This document shows positions 30,014 through 41,043 of a DNA stretch of 64,000 nt, piece by piece. The stretch's first letter is position 1. Each line of letters opens with the position of its first letter. The notes below the pieces were generated by a model, which had not been told where the DNA came from, did not search any database, and was given only the letters and a program-made list of their open reading frames with translations. Origin of the DNA: an uncultured bacterium (GTDB lineage: Bacteria > Chloroflexota > UBA5177 > JANWHV01); the NCBI GenBank assembly GCA_963827235.1, contig CAWHAE010000016.1:544001-608000 (forward strand), given 5' to 3'. Position numbers and translations under genes: made by a program.

Positions 30014-31610
30014 TGTGAACTACTCCCGCGGTCTCCCTGTCCGGTCGGCCGGCCAGAGCACGCTCAAGCGCTGTTACGAAGCCCTGCAAAGCTTCGATCT
30101 TCAGCGCTCCGAGTGCGCAGACTCGGAAACTCGTCCGGGCAGCCTCGCCGAGCCCACCATAAATCACATACCCCTCTTGTTTGACGGCATCGTGCAGGGC
30201 GTCGTATTCGATACCCGGCGGCAGCGGCAGACTGCGCACCGAGCGCGACCGGTGCTCGCGCGCCACGCGTGGAGCCAGCCCGAGCCGGCCAAGCTCGCGA
30301 TCGAGATACTCGATACGCTCCTTGTAGTAGGCCTGGCGCGTGGACAGCCCCTCGTCCATCAGCTCGTCCAGCGCTGCCTCCAGACCGTAGATGGCCGGGA
30401 TGGCAGGTGTGTACGGCACCGATCCCTTCTCCTGCGCTCGCAGATAGGCGCCGAGATCGAAGTAAAGCGAGCGCGGAGGCACCGCATTGATGCGCTCCTG
30501 GCCCAGTGGCGACACCAGCACGAACGCGGCTCCCGGCAATCCGTGCAGGCACTTGTTGGATGTGCAGGCCAGGAAGTCGATGCCCGAATCCGCCAACTGC
30601 AGCTCTTCGGCTCCGAACGAGCTGATGGCATCCACGAGCGCGCGCACGCCGCGCTTGCGCGCCGCGGCGGCGATCTCGTGCACCGGATTGACAAGGCCGG
30701 TCGTCGTCTCATGATGAATGACGGCAACGGCGTCAATCGTATTGTCAGCGTCGAGCGCCAAGACGACCCTGCCGGCGTCTATGGGCTCGAGGTCGGGTGC
30801 GTCAACGACCACCACCTCAATGCCTGAGCGACGGGCGATCGTCTCGATGCGCTCGCCGTAGATGCCGTTGCGGCAGACGAGTAGCTTGCGACCGGGCCGG
30901 GTGGAAGCGCTCGTCATGGCTTCCATGGCCGAGGTGCCGCTGCCGGCGAGCATGACCATCGCCCAGTCGTTGCCCACTCCGGCCAGGGCGAGCAGCTTGG
31001 CGCGGACGCGTCCGAGCATCTGCGAATACTCCGGCTCCCGGTGGCAGAGGTCGGGCCCACCCACCGCCCTGTGCACTCGGTCGCTAACTACCGCCGGACC
31101 CGGATTCAGCAGCACTCGCTGCCGGTGCGACCTGCGGCTGGAGAACCGGTCGGCGTCCAGCGAGCCGAAGGCCGACGGCTCCACGATGCAATCCGGCTGC
31201 GCCTCCAGCAGCCGGGCCCTGGCCGCAGGCCCAGGCGCCGAGAGGGCGACGATGGCCCCGGCGCCTGCCCGATGCCCGGCCTGGATGGCGGCGCTGCTGC
31301 ACCCGACCACGCCGACACGGCGAACATCGTCCACATGCGCGGCGCGAAGCGCGTCGAATACGCCGAATGGAGAGGGAGCCGGAGGCCCAGCGACGAGCAG
31401 GTCGGCCGGGCATAGGCCCATGGCTGCCGCTGAGTCACCGCTCGAGTCCACGACGGCAATGCGGCAGCCGTCGGCGCGGACTCCAGCCAGCGACCTGCCG
31501 AGCTCCTCGGCGGCAGGGCGGGGCAGATCGGAAGCATAGACGACCCACAATGAGATCGACCGCTCGGTCGCCCATTCGTGGGCGGTGGCGGCCGTGAGAG
31601 CGAACGGCAT
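30003..31610 (-). CDS. phnW: 2-aminoethylphosphonate aminotransferase with N-terminal degenerate HAD (PhnX-like) domain
   Basis: LLNPGP, GSGTSAME, NGIYGERI, HHETTTG, DAISSFG, SNKCLHGLPG class V PLP motifs; context with phnA/phnY. Confidence 0.88.
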   Translation of the reverse strand: MPFALTAATAHEWATERSISLWVVYASDLPRPAAEELGRSLAGVRADGCRIAVVDSSGDSAAAMGLCPADLLVAGPPAPSPFGVFDALRAAHVDDVRRVGVVGCSSAAIQAGHRAGAGAIVALSAPGPAARARLLEAQPDCIVEPSAFGSLDADRFSSRRSHRQRVLLNPGPAVVSDRVHRAVGGPDLCHREPEYSQMLGRVRAKLLALAGVGNDWAMVMLAGSGTSAMEAMTSASTRPGRKLLVCRNGIYGERIETIARRSGIEVVVVDAPDLEPIDAGRVVLALDADNTIDAVAVIHHETTTGLVNPVHEIAAAARKRGVRALVDAISSFGAEELQLADSGIDFLACTSNKCLHGLPGAAFVLVSPLGQERINAVPPRSLYFDLGAYLRAQEKGSVPYTPAIPAIYGLEAALDELMDEGLSTRQAYYKERIEYLDRELGRLGLAPRVAREHRSRSVRSLPLPPGIEYDALHDAVKQEGYVIYGGLGEAARTSFRVCALGALKIEALQGFVTALERALAGRPDRETAGVVHNAG

Positions 31611-31624
31611 GCTATGGTCCCCTT

Positions 31625-32378
31625 TCAGGCCATGTGGCGTGATACGCCCGGTATCGAGGCACTATTCTCCACCGCGAAGTCGACCTGGTCTGCCAGGTAA
31701 TGGTCTTCCGACCACTCGAGCGCGACTCCACTCTGAGAGAACGCGTGGCGCCGGATGCGGAGAAGCGGCGTGCGGATTGGCACGGCGAGCAGGTCGGCAT
31801 CGACCTTCGACGCCGCCACGGCGCCGATGACGTGTCGTGCCGAGGCGAAGATGATGCCCTGTCGGGCGAGCTCGGCGTAGATCGAGGCATTGTCGAGGTC
31901 GATGCTGGCGACGAGCAAGCCGACGTAGGGCGGGAACGTCGAGCGCTCCACCATCAGCGGCTTGCCATCCACCAGGCGCAGGCGCAGCAAGCGGTACACG
32001 GCACCGCCGGGGACAAGGCCGAGCGCGGTGGCTTCATCGTCTTCCGCTCCGCCTTCTACAAACTCCACCAGACGAGCCGAGGGCCGCTTTCCCTGCGCCT
32101 CGACCCAGGCCGAGAAGCTCGATCAGCTCGCTCAGCGGCTGGGTCATATGGCGGCCACGCACGGCGAGTGGCTTCCCGCGGGACCCGGAGATGGTGCCAT
32201 CCGCGCGCAAGGCGGCCAATGCCTGGCGAACCGTGCCTCGAGCTACACCATACCGGCGGACCAGATCGTGCTCAGATGGCAGAAGCTGCCCCGGCACCAG
32301 ATCGCCGCACGCTATCTCCTGCCGGATGTCGTCGGCGATGCGGCGATAGAGCGGCTTCGACGGCGCTTCGCCCGGCAT
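31625..32378 (-). pseudogene. GntR/HutC-family (UTRA) regulator, frameshifted by one extra base at ~32120
   Basis: wHTH PLYRRIADDIR..LPSEHDL..YGVARGTVRQAL in one frame and UTRA domain in another; removing base 32120 restores ..LISFSAWVEAQG..; may be a sequencing error. Confidence 0.8.
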
Positions 32379-32428
32379 CGTCTCCTTCTCCGGCCGCCAG
32401 GTGTCCGGCACGCACCCAACCCTCTCGA

Positions 32429-32474
32429 CTTGTCTATACAAGCAATTGTGCCGGTGCCCTGGTTGGGCTGTCAA
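32429..32474 (-). promoter_or_regulatory. phn promoter (TTGACA-N18-CACAAT) with HutC-type operator CTTGTATAGACAAG
   Basis: Palindrome CTTGT-CTAT-ACAAG at 32429-32442 fits the GT-N-TA-N-AC HutC consensus, just downstream of the -10. Confidence 0.7.
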
Positions 32475-32550
32475 GGGCCGGCGTGAGGCGCCAGGGTGAT
32501 TGCGGGCGGCCTGTAACAGGCGTAGACTAGGCCCACGGTGCGGGAACAGA

Positions 32551-34134
32551 ATGATGGCGATGAACGACGAAGAGCTATCCGCCGGCCTAGCCGATAACGT
32601 GCTGCAGGTGGTGGCGACCCTCGTGCCCGGCTGCTCGGCGGCTGCCGGCGTCATGTTGGCCGGCACGCACGCGATGCAGACGGTTGGAGCGATCGGCTCG
32701 CGAGCGCGTCTCTTGCTCGAGGGCGGCGCCCTGGTGTCAGCGCGCCGTGCCATGAGCGAGCACGCCGCGCTGACCACGCAGTTCAGCGCGCCGGACGCCG
32801 CGGGCGCTACGCTCATCTCGGTTCCGGTATTGGGTAGAAACCGCATTCCGCTCGGCGTGCTCCAGGTGTTGTGCGAAGCCGGGGGCGGCGAGCTCCGCCT
32901 GCGGGGCACACTGGAAGCGCTTGCCGAGCTGATTGCCGACACCGTACACGATCACAAGCTCAACCTTGACCTGCAGCATAGCCTCAATCAACTCTTCCTC
33001 GTCTACGAGGTTGGGCGACTCTTCAATCTCTCCAGCAGCATGAACGAGGTGCTGCACGAGGTTCGCGTGCGGCTCTCCGGCACGATGAGCTTCCACCACT
33101 GCTGCATCCTGTTGCTCAACAATGAACAGTGCCTGGTGCCGGAAGCAGGAATCGGCATCGACGCGCAGTGGCTGGCGGAGGCCAAGCCAAGAGTGAGCCG
33201 AAGTGTCGCGGCGCTGGTGCTCGAATCCGGAGTAGCCGAACAGGTGACCGACCCCATCGAGCTGGCCGGGCTGGATACCCCGACGCTCGACACGGGATTG
33301 CCGCCGGGCAGTGTGCTCTGCGCTCCCATGACTACCAGGCTGGGGGTGATAGGCGTGTTCGAGCTGTACACGCCCGAACCCTACGCGTTCAGCAGGGACG
33401 AGAAGTTCCTGCTCTCGGTTCTCGCCTCCGAGCTCGCTACCGCCCTGGAGAATTCGCAACTCTACGTCAGTCTGCGCGAGAAGGAAGGAAGGCTGACCGT
33501 TCTGGCACACAAGCTCATTCATTCGCAAGAGGAAGAGCGAAAGCGCATCGCGCGCGACATGCACGACGGGCTGGCCCAGATGCTGGTCAGTGCCTACCAA
33601 TACCTGCAGGCGCATGCATACAGCGTGCCTGCCGGAGACGGAAGGGGATCGCTCGACGAGGGCCTGACCGCGCTGGCGGAGTGCATCGACGAATCTAGAA
33701 ACGTTATCTTCGATCTCAGGCCCTCTACGCTCGACGATTTTGGGCTCGTGCTCGCCTTGCGGCAGTTCCTGCAGAAGACGGAAGCCGAGACAGGTTGGTG
33801 CACCAAGCTGGATATCGAGGGTGCCATCGGGCCTATGCCGCCCGCCACGGAGACAGCCATCTACAGGCTAGTCAAGGAAGCGGTGACCAACGCGCGCAAG
33901 CACGCGGAGTCACCGTGCGTGCACGTCCGACTTACAGGACGCGCAGGGAACATCGTCATTCTCGTGCGGGACAAAGGCAAAGGCTTCGACGAGAAGGCGG
34001 TGCCGGCATTCAGCATCGGGCAGTTCGGCATCATGGGCATGCGCGAGCGCGCGTCATTGCTAAGCGGATCCTTCCACCTGAGAAGCAGGCCAGGCGCAGG
34101 CACAGTCATCCGGATCGTCTTACCATTGGAGTAG
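32551..34134 (+). CDS. GAF-domain sensor histidine kinase (HisKA_3, NarX-like)
   Basis: QEEERKRIARDMHDGLAQ, LRPSTLDD.GL, EAVTNARKHA, D.GKGF, GIMGMRERA; no TM segments seen. Confidence 0.93.
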   Translation: MMAMNDEELSAGLADNVLQVVATLVPGCSAAAGVMLAGTHAMQTVGAIGSRARLLLEGGALVSARRAMSEHAALTTQFSAPDAAGATLISVPVLGRNRIPLGVLQVLCEAGGGELRLRGTLEALAELIADTVHDHKLNLDLQHSLNQLFLVYEVGRLFNLSSSMNEVLHEVRVRLSGTMSFHHCCILLLNNEQCLVPEAGIGIDAQWLAEAKPRVSRSVAALVLESGVAEQVTDPIELAGLDTPTLDTGLPPGSVLCAPMTTRLGVIGVFELYTPEPYAFSRDEKFLLSVLASELATALENSQLYVSLREKEGRLTVLAHKLIHSQEEERKRIARDMHDGLAQMLVSAYQYLQAHAYSVPAGDGRGSLDEGLTALAECIDESRNVIFDLRPSTLDDFGLVLALRQFLQKTEAETGWCTKLDIEGAIGPMPPATETAIYRLVKEAVTNARKHAESPCVHVRLTGRAGNIVILVRDKGKGFDEKAVPAFSIGQFGIMGMRERASLLSGSFHLRSRPGAGTVIRIVLPLE

Positions 34135-34159
34135 CGACGAGCTCAGAAGGAGATCAATA

Positions 34160-34594
34160 ATGCAGCCACCACAGCCTGATGCGCCGCTGATCCTGGTGAC
34201 AGAGGACAACCCTCTGCATATGAAGATCTTCGTGCTCAACCTCACCTTCAAGGGGTATCGCGTGCTCGAAGCGGAAAACGGGCTGAAAGGTCTCGAGCTG
34301 GCGAAACGGGAGATACCGGACCTGATGTTGGTCGACCTCACCCTTCCCAAGATGGAAGGATGGGAGATGGTGCGCAGGATCAAGGCCGAGCCGGAGACCG
34401 AGAACATTCCCGTGATTGTGGTCTCGGCGCGCCGGCCCCAGGATGAAGAGCACGAGGCGCGAGAGCTCCGGATCAGTCACTACGTCTCCAAGCCATTCAA
34501 TCCCGAACACCTGATGGACCTGGTCGATCAAACGGTGGAGAAATCGCGGCGGACCGGAGAACCCGGTGTCGCCAAGCACACGGCAGAGTACTGA
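34160..34594 (+). CDS. single-domain response regulator receiver
   Basis: VTEDN, LMLVDLTLP, VVSA, SKPF; no output domain. Confidence 0.9.
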   Translation: MQPPQPDAPLILVTEDNPLHMKIFVLNLTFKGYRVLEAENGLKGLELAKREIPDLMLVDLTLPKMEGWEMVRRIKAEPETENIPVIVVSARRPQDEEHEARELRISHYVSKPFNPEHLMDLVDQTVEKSRRTGEPGVAKHTAEY

Positions 34595-34693
34595 CCGCTG
34601 TCGGAACACCAGCCTGCGTCCCCGCGACACCTCCCGGACCGCGCTATGCTCACTCGGCAGTGTCACCCGCCGCTCCGGGCGGGACGACGCTGC

Positions 34694-35452
34694 TCAGGTG
34701 GTGCCGCTGATCCGGCGCCGCACCTTCTGTAACGGGTTCACCACCAGCGCCTTGGCGCTCTGCCTGACGTAGTCGGGCAATGATATGCGAGGATGCGGCA
34801 GCGGCAGCTCGCCGGCCGTGGTCCTCTTGGCGGCAAGGCTCGAGCGAAAATCAGCGGCAGTGGAGCCATCGTATTCGGTGTAGGCCGTGCCGATGCGGCA
34901 CAGGAAGTGCGCGTCGCTGCCGCCTACCTCGGCCAGACCCCAGCCAGCGTTGAGGCGGGCCAGTTTCGCGCGGGTGATGCGCCCTGCCGGCGAGGGGTTA
35001 AGCGTCTCTACCGCTGCGAGGGGAAAGCCCGTGGCCAACAATCGCTCGATCTGCCGGCGACCCATGCTGGGCGTCAAGGGGCTCAAGGGATGGGGCGCAA
35101 TCACTACCCCTCCCTGGCGCAGAATTGCCTCGCAGGTATGCTCGAGCGATCGAAGGGCGGGAAGGCGCTCCTCGACAAAGAGAGCGAGCACGTGCACACC
35201 CCTGGCAGTCGTCACTTCCGTGCCCACGATCAGGTCGAAGTCGTAGTGGCCGCGGGCGTGCAGCTCTCGCGCAAGGAGGGCCCCGGCGACGCTGTCGTGA
35301 TCGGTGATCGCGATCAGGTCGAGTCCCTGCTGCTGAGCCATATCGAGCACCTGCTGGGGCGAGGAAAGACCATCGCTGAACGTGGTGTGCACGTGAATGT
35401 CGCCGCGACCTCGTTTCACGGGGACGGCTGGACGAACCTCGGTCTGGCTCAC
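34694..35452 (-). CDS. PHP-domain phosphoesterase
   Basis: DIHVHTTFSDG, AITDHD, GTEVTT..HVL, PHP, GGSDAH. Confidence 0.9.
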   Translation of the reverse strand: MSQTEVRPAVPVKRGRGDIHVHTTFSDGLSSPQQVLDMAQQQGLDLIAITDHDSVAGALLARELHARGHYDFDLIVGTEVTTARGVHVLALFVEERLPALRSLEHTCEAILRQGGVVIAPHPLSPLTPSMGRRQIERLLATGFPLAAVETLNPSPAGRITRAKLARLNAGWGLAEVGGSDAHFLCRIGTAYTEYDGSTAADFRSSLAAKRTTAGELPLPHPRISLPDYVRQSAKALVVNPLQKVRRRISGTT

Positions 35453-35509
35453 GCGGCTACGCCTCTCCGGCCGCCGGTAACCGCCGTTGATTGCCGGCGG
35501 TTTGGATGC

Positions 35510-36847
35510 TCAGCCTTCCAGCAACAGCGACAGCGGATCTTCAAGCAACTCCTTGACTCGAACCAGGAATCGCACGGCCTCGTTTCCGTCCACGATCCTG
35601 TGATCGTAGGAAAGCGCCAGGTACATCATAGGGCGCACGACCACCTGTCCGCCAACCACGACGGGCCGCTCCTCGATCTTGTGCATGCCGAGAATGCCGA
35701 CCTGAGGCGTGTTCAGGATGGGGGTCGAGAGCAGCGACCCAAAGACCCCGCCGTTCGTGATCGTGAACGTGCCACCCACCAGATCCGACAGACTCAGCGC
35801 ATTGCCGCGGGCGCGCGTCGCCAGATCGATGATCTCACGCTCGATATCGGCGAAGCTCTTCAGGTCGGCATCGCGCAGAACAGGCACGACCAAGCCTTCC
35901 GCAACCCCGACGGCTATGCCGATGTCGTAGTACGACTTCAACACGACGTCGTCGCCCTGTATCTCGGCGTTCAAATTGGGAAATGACCTCAGCGCGGCGA
36001 CCACCGCCTTGGTAAAGAAGCTCATGAACCCGAGGTTGACGCCGTGCACGGCCTTGAATGTCTCCTTGCGCCTGGCGCGGGCCTCCATGACGGCAGACAT
36101 GTCGACCTCGTTGAACGTGGTCAGCATGGCGGCCGTGTGCTGGGCTTCGAGCAGGCGCCTGGCGATGGTCTGCCGGCGCCGCGACATGCGCACTCGTTTC
36201 TCGCGCGCGGCGCGATCCGTGCTCGCCGCCGCCGGCTGCTGTGCCGCAACTGCCGGCTGCGCGATGCGCTCTTCCGGCGTCCTCGGCTGGACAGGCGGCA
36301 CTGGAGTCGCCAGGTTGGACGCATCCGCGGCGGGAGACACCGTCTCTGCGTGCCGGCCGCCGTTCATGGCGGCAGCCACGTCGTTCTTGGTGACCCGGCC
36401 GGCTATGCCGGTGCCGCGCACCGCGGCCAGGTCTACATTGCCCTCCTGAGCGATGCGGCGCGCCAGCGGCGTGGCCGGAACGCGGGCATCTGCCGCGCCG
36501 GATGGAGTCGCATCCGCGCCGGCACCCGGCGTCGCGACCGCGGCCTCGGGCGCGGCGTTCGTAGCTGCTACCGTGCCGCCGCCTGCCGGCAAAGACTGCG
36601 GGGACGATGCGGCCTCCGCCAGCGTGCCCAGCACGGTCCCGACGCCGACAGTCTCGCCCGCGGACTTCTGGATCTGTTCCAGCACTCCCGCGTGCTCCGC
36701 CGGCACTTCCAGGTTGACCTTCTCAGTCTCGAGCTCGACAATCGGCTCGCCGGGAACGATCGTATCTCCGACGCTCTTCAGCCATTTGCCGACCACCGCC
36801 TCCATGACGGACTCGCCCAGAACCGGCACCACGATCTCAACAGCCAT
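35510..36847 (-). CDS. sucB: 2-oxoglutarate dehydrogenase E2
   Basis: Lipoyl LGESV..ETEKV, E3-binding [31 protein letters not shown]. Confidence 0.96.
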   Translation of the reverse strand: MAVEIVVPVLGESVMEAVVGKWLKSVGDTIVPGEPIVELETEKVNLEVPAEHAGVLEQIQKSAGETVGVGTVLGTLAEAASSPQSLPAGGGTVAATNAAPEAAVATPGAGADATPSGAADARVPATPLARRIAQEGNVDLAAVRGTGIAGRVTKNDVAAAMNGGRHAETVSPAADASNLATPVPPVQPRTPEERIAQPAVAAQQPAAASTDRAAREKRVRMSRRRQTIARRLLEAQHTAAMLTTFNEVDMSAVMEARARRKETFKAVHGVNLGFMSFFTKAVVAALRSFPNLNAEIQGDDVVLKSYYDIGIAVGVAEGLVVPVLRDADLKSFADIEREIIDLATRARGNALSLSDLVGGTFTITNGGVFGSLLSTPILNTPQVGILGMHKIEERPVVVGGQVVVRPMMYLALSYDHRIVDGNEAVRFLVRVKELLEDPLSLLLEG

Positions 36848-36860
36848 GTTGCAACGCTCC

Positions 36861-39689
36861 CTACGGCACGCTCAATTGGGACGCCGGGTCCTGCAATCCG
36901 CTGAAGGCTTCGGCCACGATCCTCGCTTGTTCGAGCTGGTGCACGATAGGCGAGCCTTCGGCAGGGCTGGCTCGCTCGGATCTTCCGACATAGTCCACGT
37001 GCACGTCGCGCTTCACAATCTCGCGCAACTGCGGCTGCATGTAGCCCCAGGCGCCCATGTTGCGCGGCTCCTCTTGCAGCCAGGTCACCTCGCGCGCCCG
37101 AGGATAGCTCGCCAGCACGTGGCTCAGCTCGGCCCGCGGGAAGGGATAGAGCAGCTCGACCCGCACCACCGCTGCGCGCTCAGCATCCGCCCTGGCCTGG
37201 CTCCCGGCCAGGTCCGCGTAGACCTTGCCGGTACACAGGATCACGCGCGTGACCTCCGCGGCCCGCGACCTGGCTCTCTCGTCGTCGATCACCGGCTGGA
37301 ACGAGCCGTCCGCCAGCTCTCTCAGCGTGCTGGACGCGATCGGATGCCGCAGCAAGCTCTTGGGAGCCATCAACACTAGTGGGCGGGGATCGACCTCGCG
37401 CAGCGCGACGTGCAGGCGCAGCAGGTGGAAGTATTGCGCGGCGGTCGTACAGTTGGCTACGCGAAGGTTATCGCTGGCGGATAGCTGCAGAAACCGCTCC
37501 AGGCGCCCGCTGGAATGCTCCGGTCCCATGCCCTCGTAGCCGTGCGGCAACAGCATGACCATCCATGGGTACTGGCGCCATTTTGCCCGAGCAGCGCTGA
37601 TGAACTGGTCGATGATCACCTGCGCGGCATTGGCGAAGTCACCGTATTGCGCTTCCCAGAGCAGCAATGCCCGCGAAGCCTGCCCGACGTATCCGTACTC
37701 GAATCCGAGTGCGGCGGACTCGGAGAGCGGGCTGTTATAGATGGCAAAGGATGCCTTTGCCTCCTTGAGCGAGTGCATGGGTATGTACCGCGCTCCGGTC
37801 ACCACGTCATGCCACACCATGTGCCGCTGGCTGAACGTTCCGCGCTCCGAATCCTGCCCAACCAAGCGAATCGGCGTGCCGTCCGCCAGTAGCGAAGCAA
37901 AAGCTAGAGACTCGGCGTGCGCCCAATCGATGCCTGCGCCGCCGGTGATCGCGTCGCGCCGTGTCTGCAGCATGCGCTCGAGCCGTGGATGCACCATGAA
38001 CCCCAACGGTCGAGCGAGCAGCTGGGTGTTGAACTCCGCCAACTGCTCCGCCGCGACCGGCAGGACGGTGACTTCGGCCCTCACGCGTACCGTCGGCTCT
38101 TCGCGCACCACGGGATCCTCGGCCACCGCGAGCAAGGACTGCAGCTCGGACAGCGCCGCCTGGAACAGCTCCTCCGCCTCGTCGGTGGACACGATGCCAT
38201 CGCGAACGAGCGCTCGGGCCCAGAGCTGCCGTACGCTTGGATGTTGCCGGATCCGCTCGTACATCAGGGGCTGCGTGAACGCCGGCTCGTCACCTTCGTT
38301 GTGTCCCCACCGCCGATAGCCGACCAGGTCGATCAGAAAGTCCTTCTTGAAGCGTCGCCTGTAGGCGCACGCGAGACCGGCGGCGGCCAGGCACGCTTCG
38401 ACGTCGTCGGCGTTGACGTGCACGATCGGTATCTCAAATCCCTTGGCCAGATCGCTGGCATAGAGGGTCGATCGAGCGTCCTGAGAGCCTGTCGTGAAGC
38501 CGAGCTGGTTATTGGCGATGATATGCACCGTGCCGCCCGTCCGGTAGCCGGCAAGTCGCGAGAGATTGAGTGTCTCAGCCACTATTCCTTCACCGGGAAA
38601 GGCAGCGTCACCATGAATGACGATCGAGAGCGCAGCGTCAAAGTCCTGGACCGGGAAACCGGGAGCATTTCGCCGTTCCTGCAGGGCCCGCGTCATGCCC
38701 TGGATGACGGGGTTGACGAATTCAAGGTGGCTCGGGTTCGGTGCCAGGGTCACGCGCACGTGCACCGACTCGCCTTCCGTCACCGTCGTCTGGTGGCCGA
38801 GGTGATAGCGCACGTCCCCGGTCCAACCGTAGTGGGCGAAGTGCTCGGTTGGGGAGGTCGTGGCGCTGCTCGTCACGCGGTGGAACTCGGACAAGATACG
38901 GGCGTACGGCTTGCCGAGCACATGCGCAAGCACGTTCAGGCGACCGCGGTGGGCCATGCCCATCACGACCTCGGTCGTGCCGTCCGCGGCCGCGTTGCGG
39001 ATGATCGTATCGAGCATCGGCACAAGCATGTCGATGCCTTCAATCGAGAAGCGTTTCTGACCCGGTAGAGCTCTGTGCAAGAAGGCTTCGAAGGCATCGA
39101 TCTCGGTCAACCTGTGCAGCAGCTCGAGGCGTGCCTGCGCGGCCAGCGGCTGCCTGAACCGCCCGGACTCGATGGCATCGCGAATCCAGCTCCGCTCGGT
39201 GTGATCCTGAATATGTGCGATATCATAGCCGGTCGTGCCGCAATACACCTCGCGCAGAGCGGCGATCACGTCGCCGGCATTGCGCGCGTTGGTCGAGACC
39301 GGACCTTTGATCACCGACGCCGGCATTTCGACCAGATCGGCAGGCTCGACGCCGGAGCCCTCCAGATCCATGGTGGGATCGCCGGGCGGCTCGCTCCCGA
39401 GTGGATCGAGATGGGCAGCCAGATGGCCGCGGCTGCGAATGGTACGCGCGACGTGGGAGAGGAGCGTGATGCGCGCGATATCGCGAGGGTCGGCGACGGA
39501 GAGCGTATGCCCGTTCGCTACAGCGTGCCCGTTGCCGCTGCCCGATTCCGCGGGCGCATCGAGCGGGCTCCAGTGCGCGAACAAGCTGCGATCGGCGCTG
39601 TCGACCGACGCCGGATCCGCCAGGTATCGCTCGTACAGCTCGAGCACGTAGCCCGCGTTTGGACCATGAAAAGACTCGAGTTTGTCCAC
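36861..39689 (-). CDS. sucA: 2-oxoglutarate dehydrogenase E1
   Basis: [55 protein letters not shown]; GGAG RBS before GTG. Confidence 0.97.
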   Translation of the reverse strand: MDKLESFHGPNAGYVLELYERYLADPASVDSADRSLFAHWSPLDAPAESGSGNGHAVANGHTLSVADPRDIARITLLSHVARTIRSRGHLAAHLDPLGSEPPGDPTMDLEGSGVEPADLVEMPASVIKGPVSTNARNAGDVIAALREVYCGTTGYDIAHIQDHTERSWIRDAIESGRFRQPLAAQARLELLHRLTEIDAFEAFLHRALPGQKRFSIEGIDMLVPMLDTIIRNAAADGTTEVVMGMAHRGRLNVLAHVLGKPYARILSEFHRVTSSATTSPTEHFAHYGWTGDVRYHLGHQTTVTEGESVHVRVTLAPNPSHLEFVNPVIQGMTRALQERRNAPGFPVQDFDAALSIVIHGDAAFPGEGIVAETLNLSRLAGYRTGGTVHIIANNQLGFTTGSQDARSTLYASDLAKGFEIPIVHVNADDVEACLAAAGLACAYRRRFKKDFLIDLVGYRRWGHNEGDEPAFTQPLMYERIRQHPSVRQLWARALVRDGIVSTDEAEELFQAALSELQSLLAVAEDPVVREEPTVRVRAEVTVLPVAAEQLAEFNTQLLARPLGFMVHPRLERMLQTRRDAITGGAGIDWAHAESLAFASLLADGTPIRLVGQDSERGTFSQRHMVWHDVVTGARYIPMHSLKEAKASFAIYNSPLSESAALGFEYGYVGQASRALLLWEAQYGDFANAAQVIIDQFISAARAKWRQYPWMVMLLPHGYEGMGPEHSSGRLERFLQLSASDNLRVANCTTAAQYFHLLRLHVALREVDPRPLVLMAPKSLLRHPIASSTLRELADGSFQPVIDDERARSRAAEVTRVILCTGKVYADLAGSQARADAERAAVVRVELLYPFPRAELSHVLASYPRAREVTWLQEEPRNMGAWGYMQPQLREIVKRDVHVDYVGRSERASPAEGSPIVHQLEQARIVAEAFSGLQDPASQLSVP

Positions 39690-39948
39690 GTTGTCTCCAC
39701 CGTTCTCGCGGGCGAGCCGATCGGCATACCGACGCCTGCGCAGGCCGTGATGCAACAACTATTCTAACAAGCATCATGCCACACAACCCGGATGTTTGGA
39801 GCCAGAGTTGCCGAGCGCCAGGTAAATGCTGCATCATGTCGTGTGGAGCCGGGGAGTCCGCCCATGCTCACTCATACGCGGAGCTCCCGGAAACCGGCTG
39901 GGTAGGCACGCGGCACCTGCATACCGCACGCCCTCCGATAACTGTTAA

Positions 39949-41001
<1,053 letters not shown>

Positions 41002-41043
41002 GCTCGGCCCTTCGTGTGCCACGAGTTCTGAAGGGAGTCTGTA

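Noticed and set aside
21660-34600. Genomic island integrated at tRNA-Thr(CGT)
   Set aside because: Accessory-type genes follow the tRNA, but no integrase, duplicated tRNA 3' end or obvious compositional shift was seen
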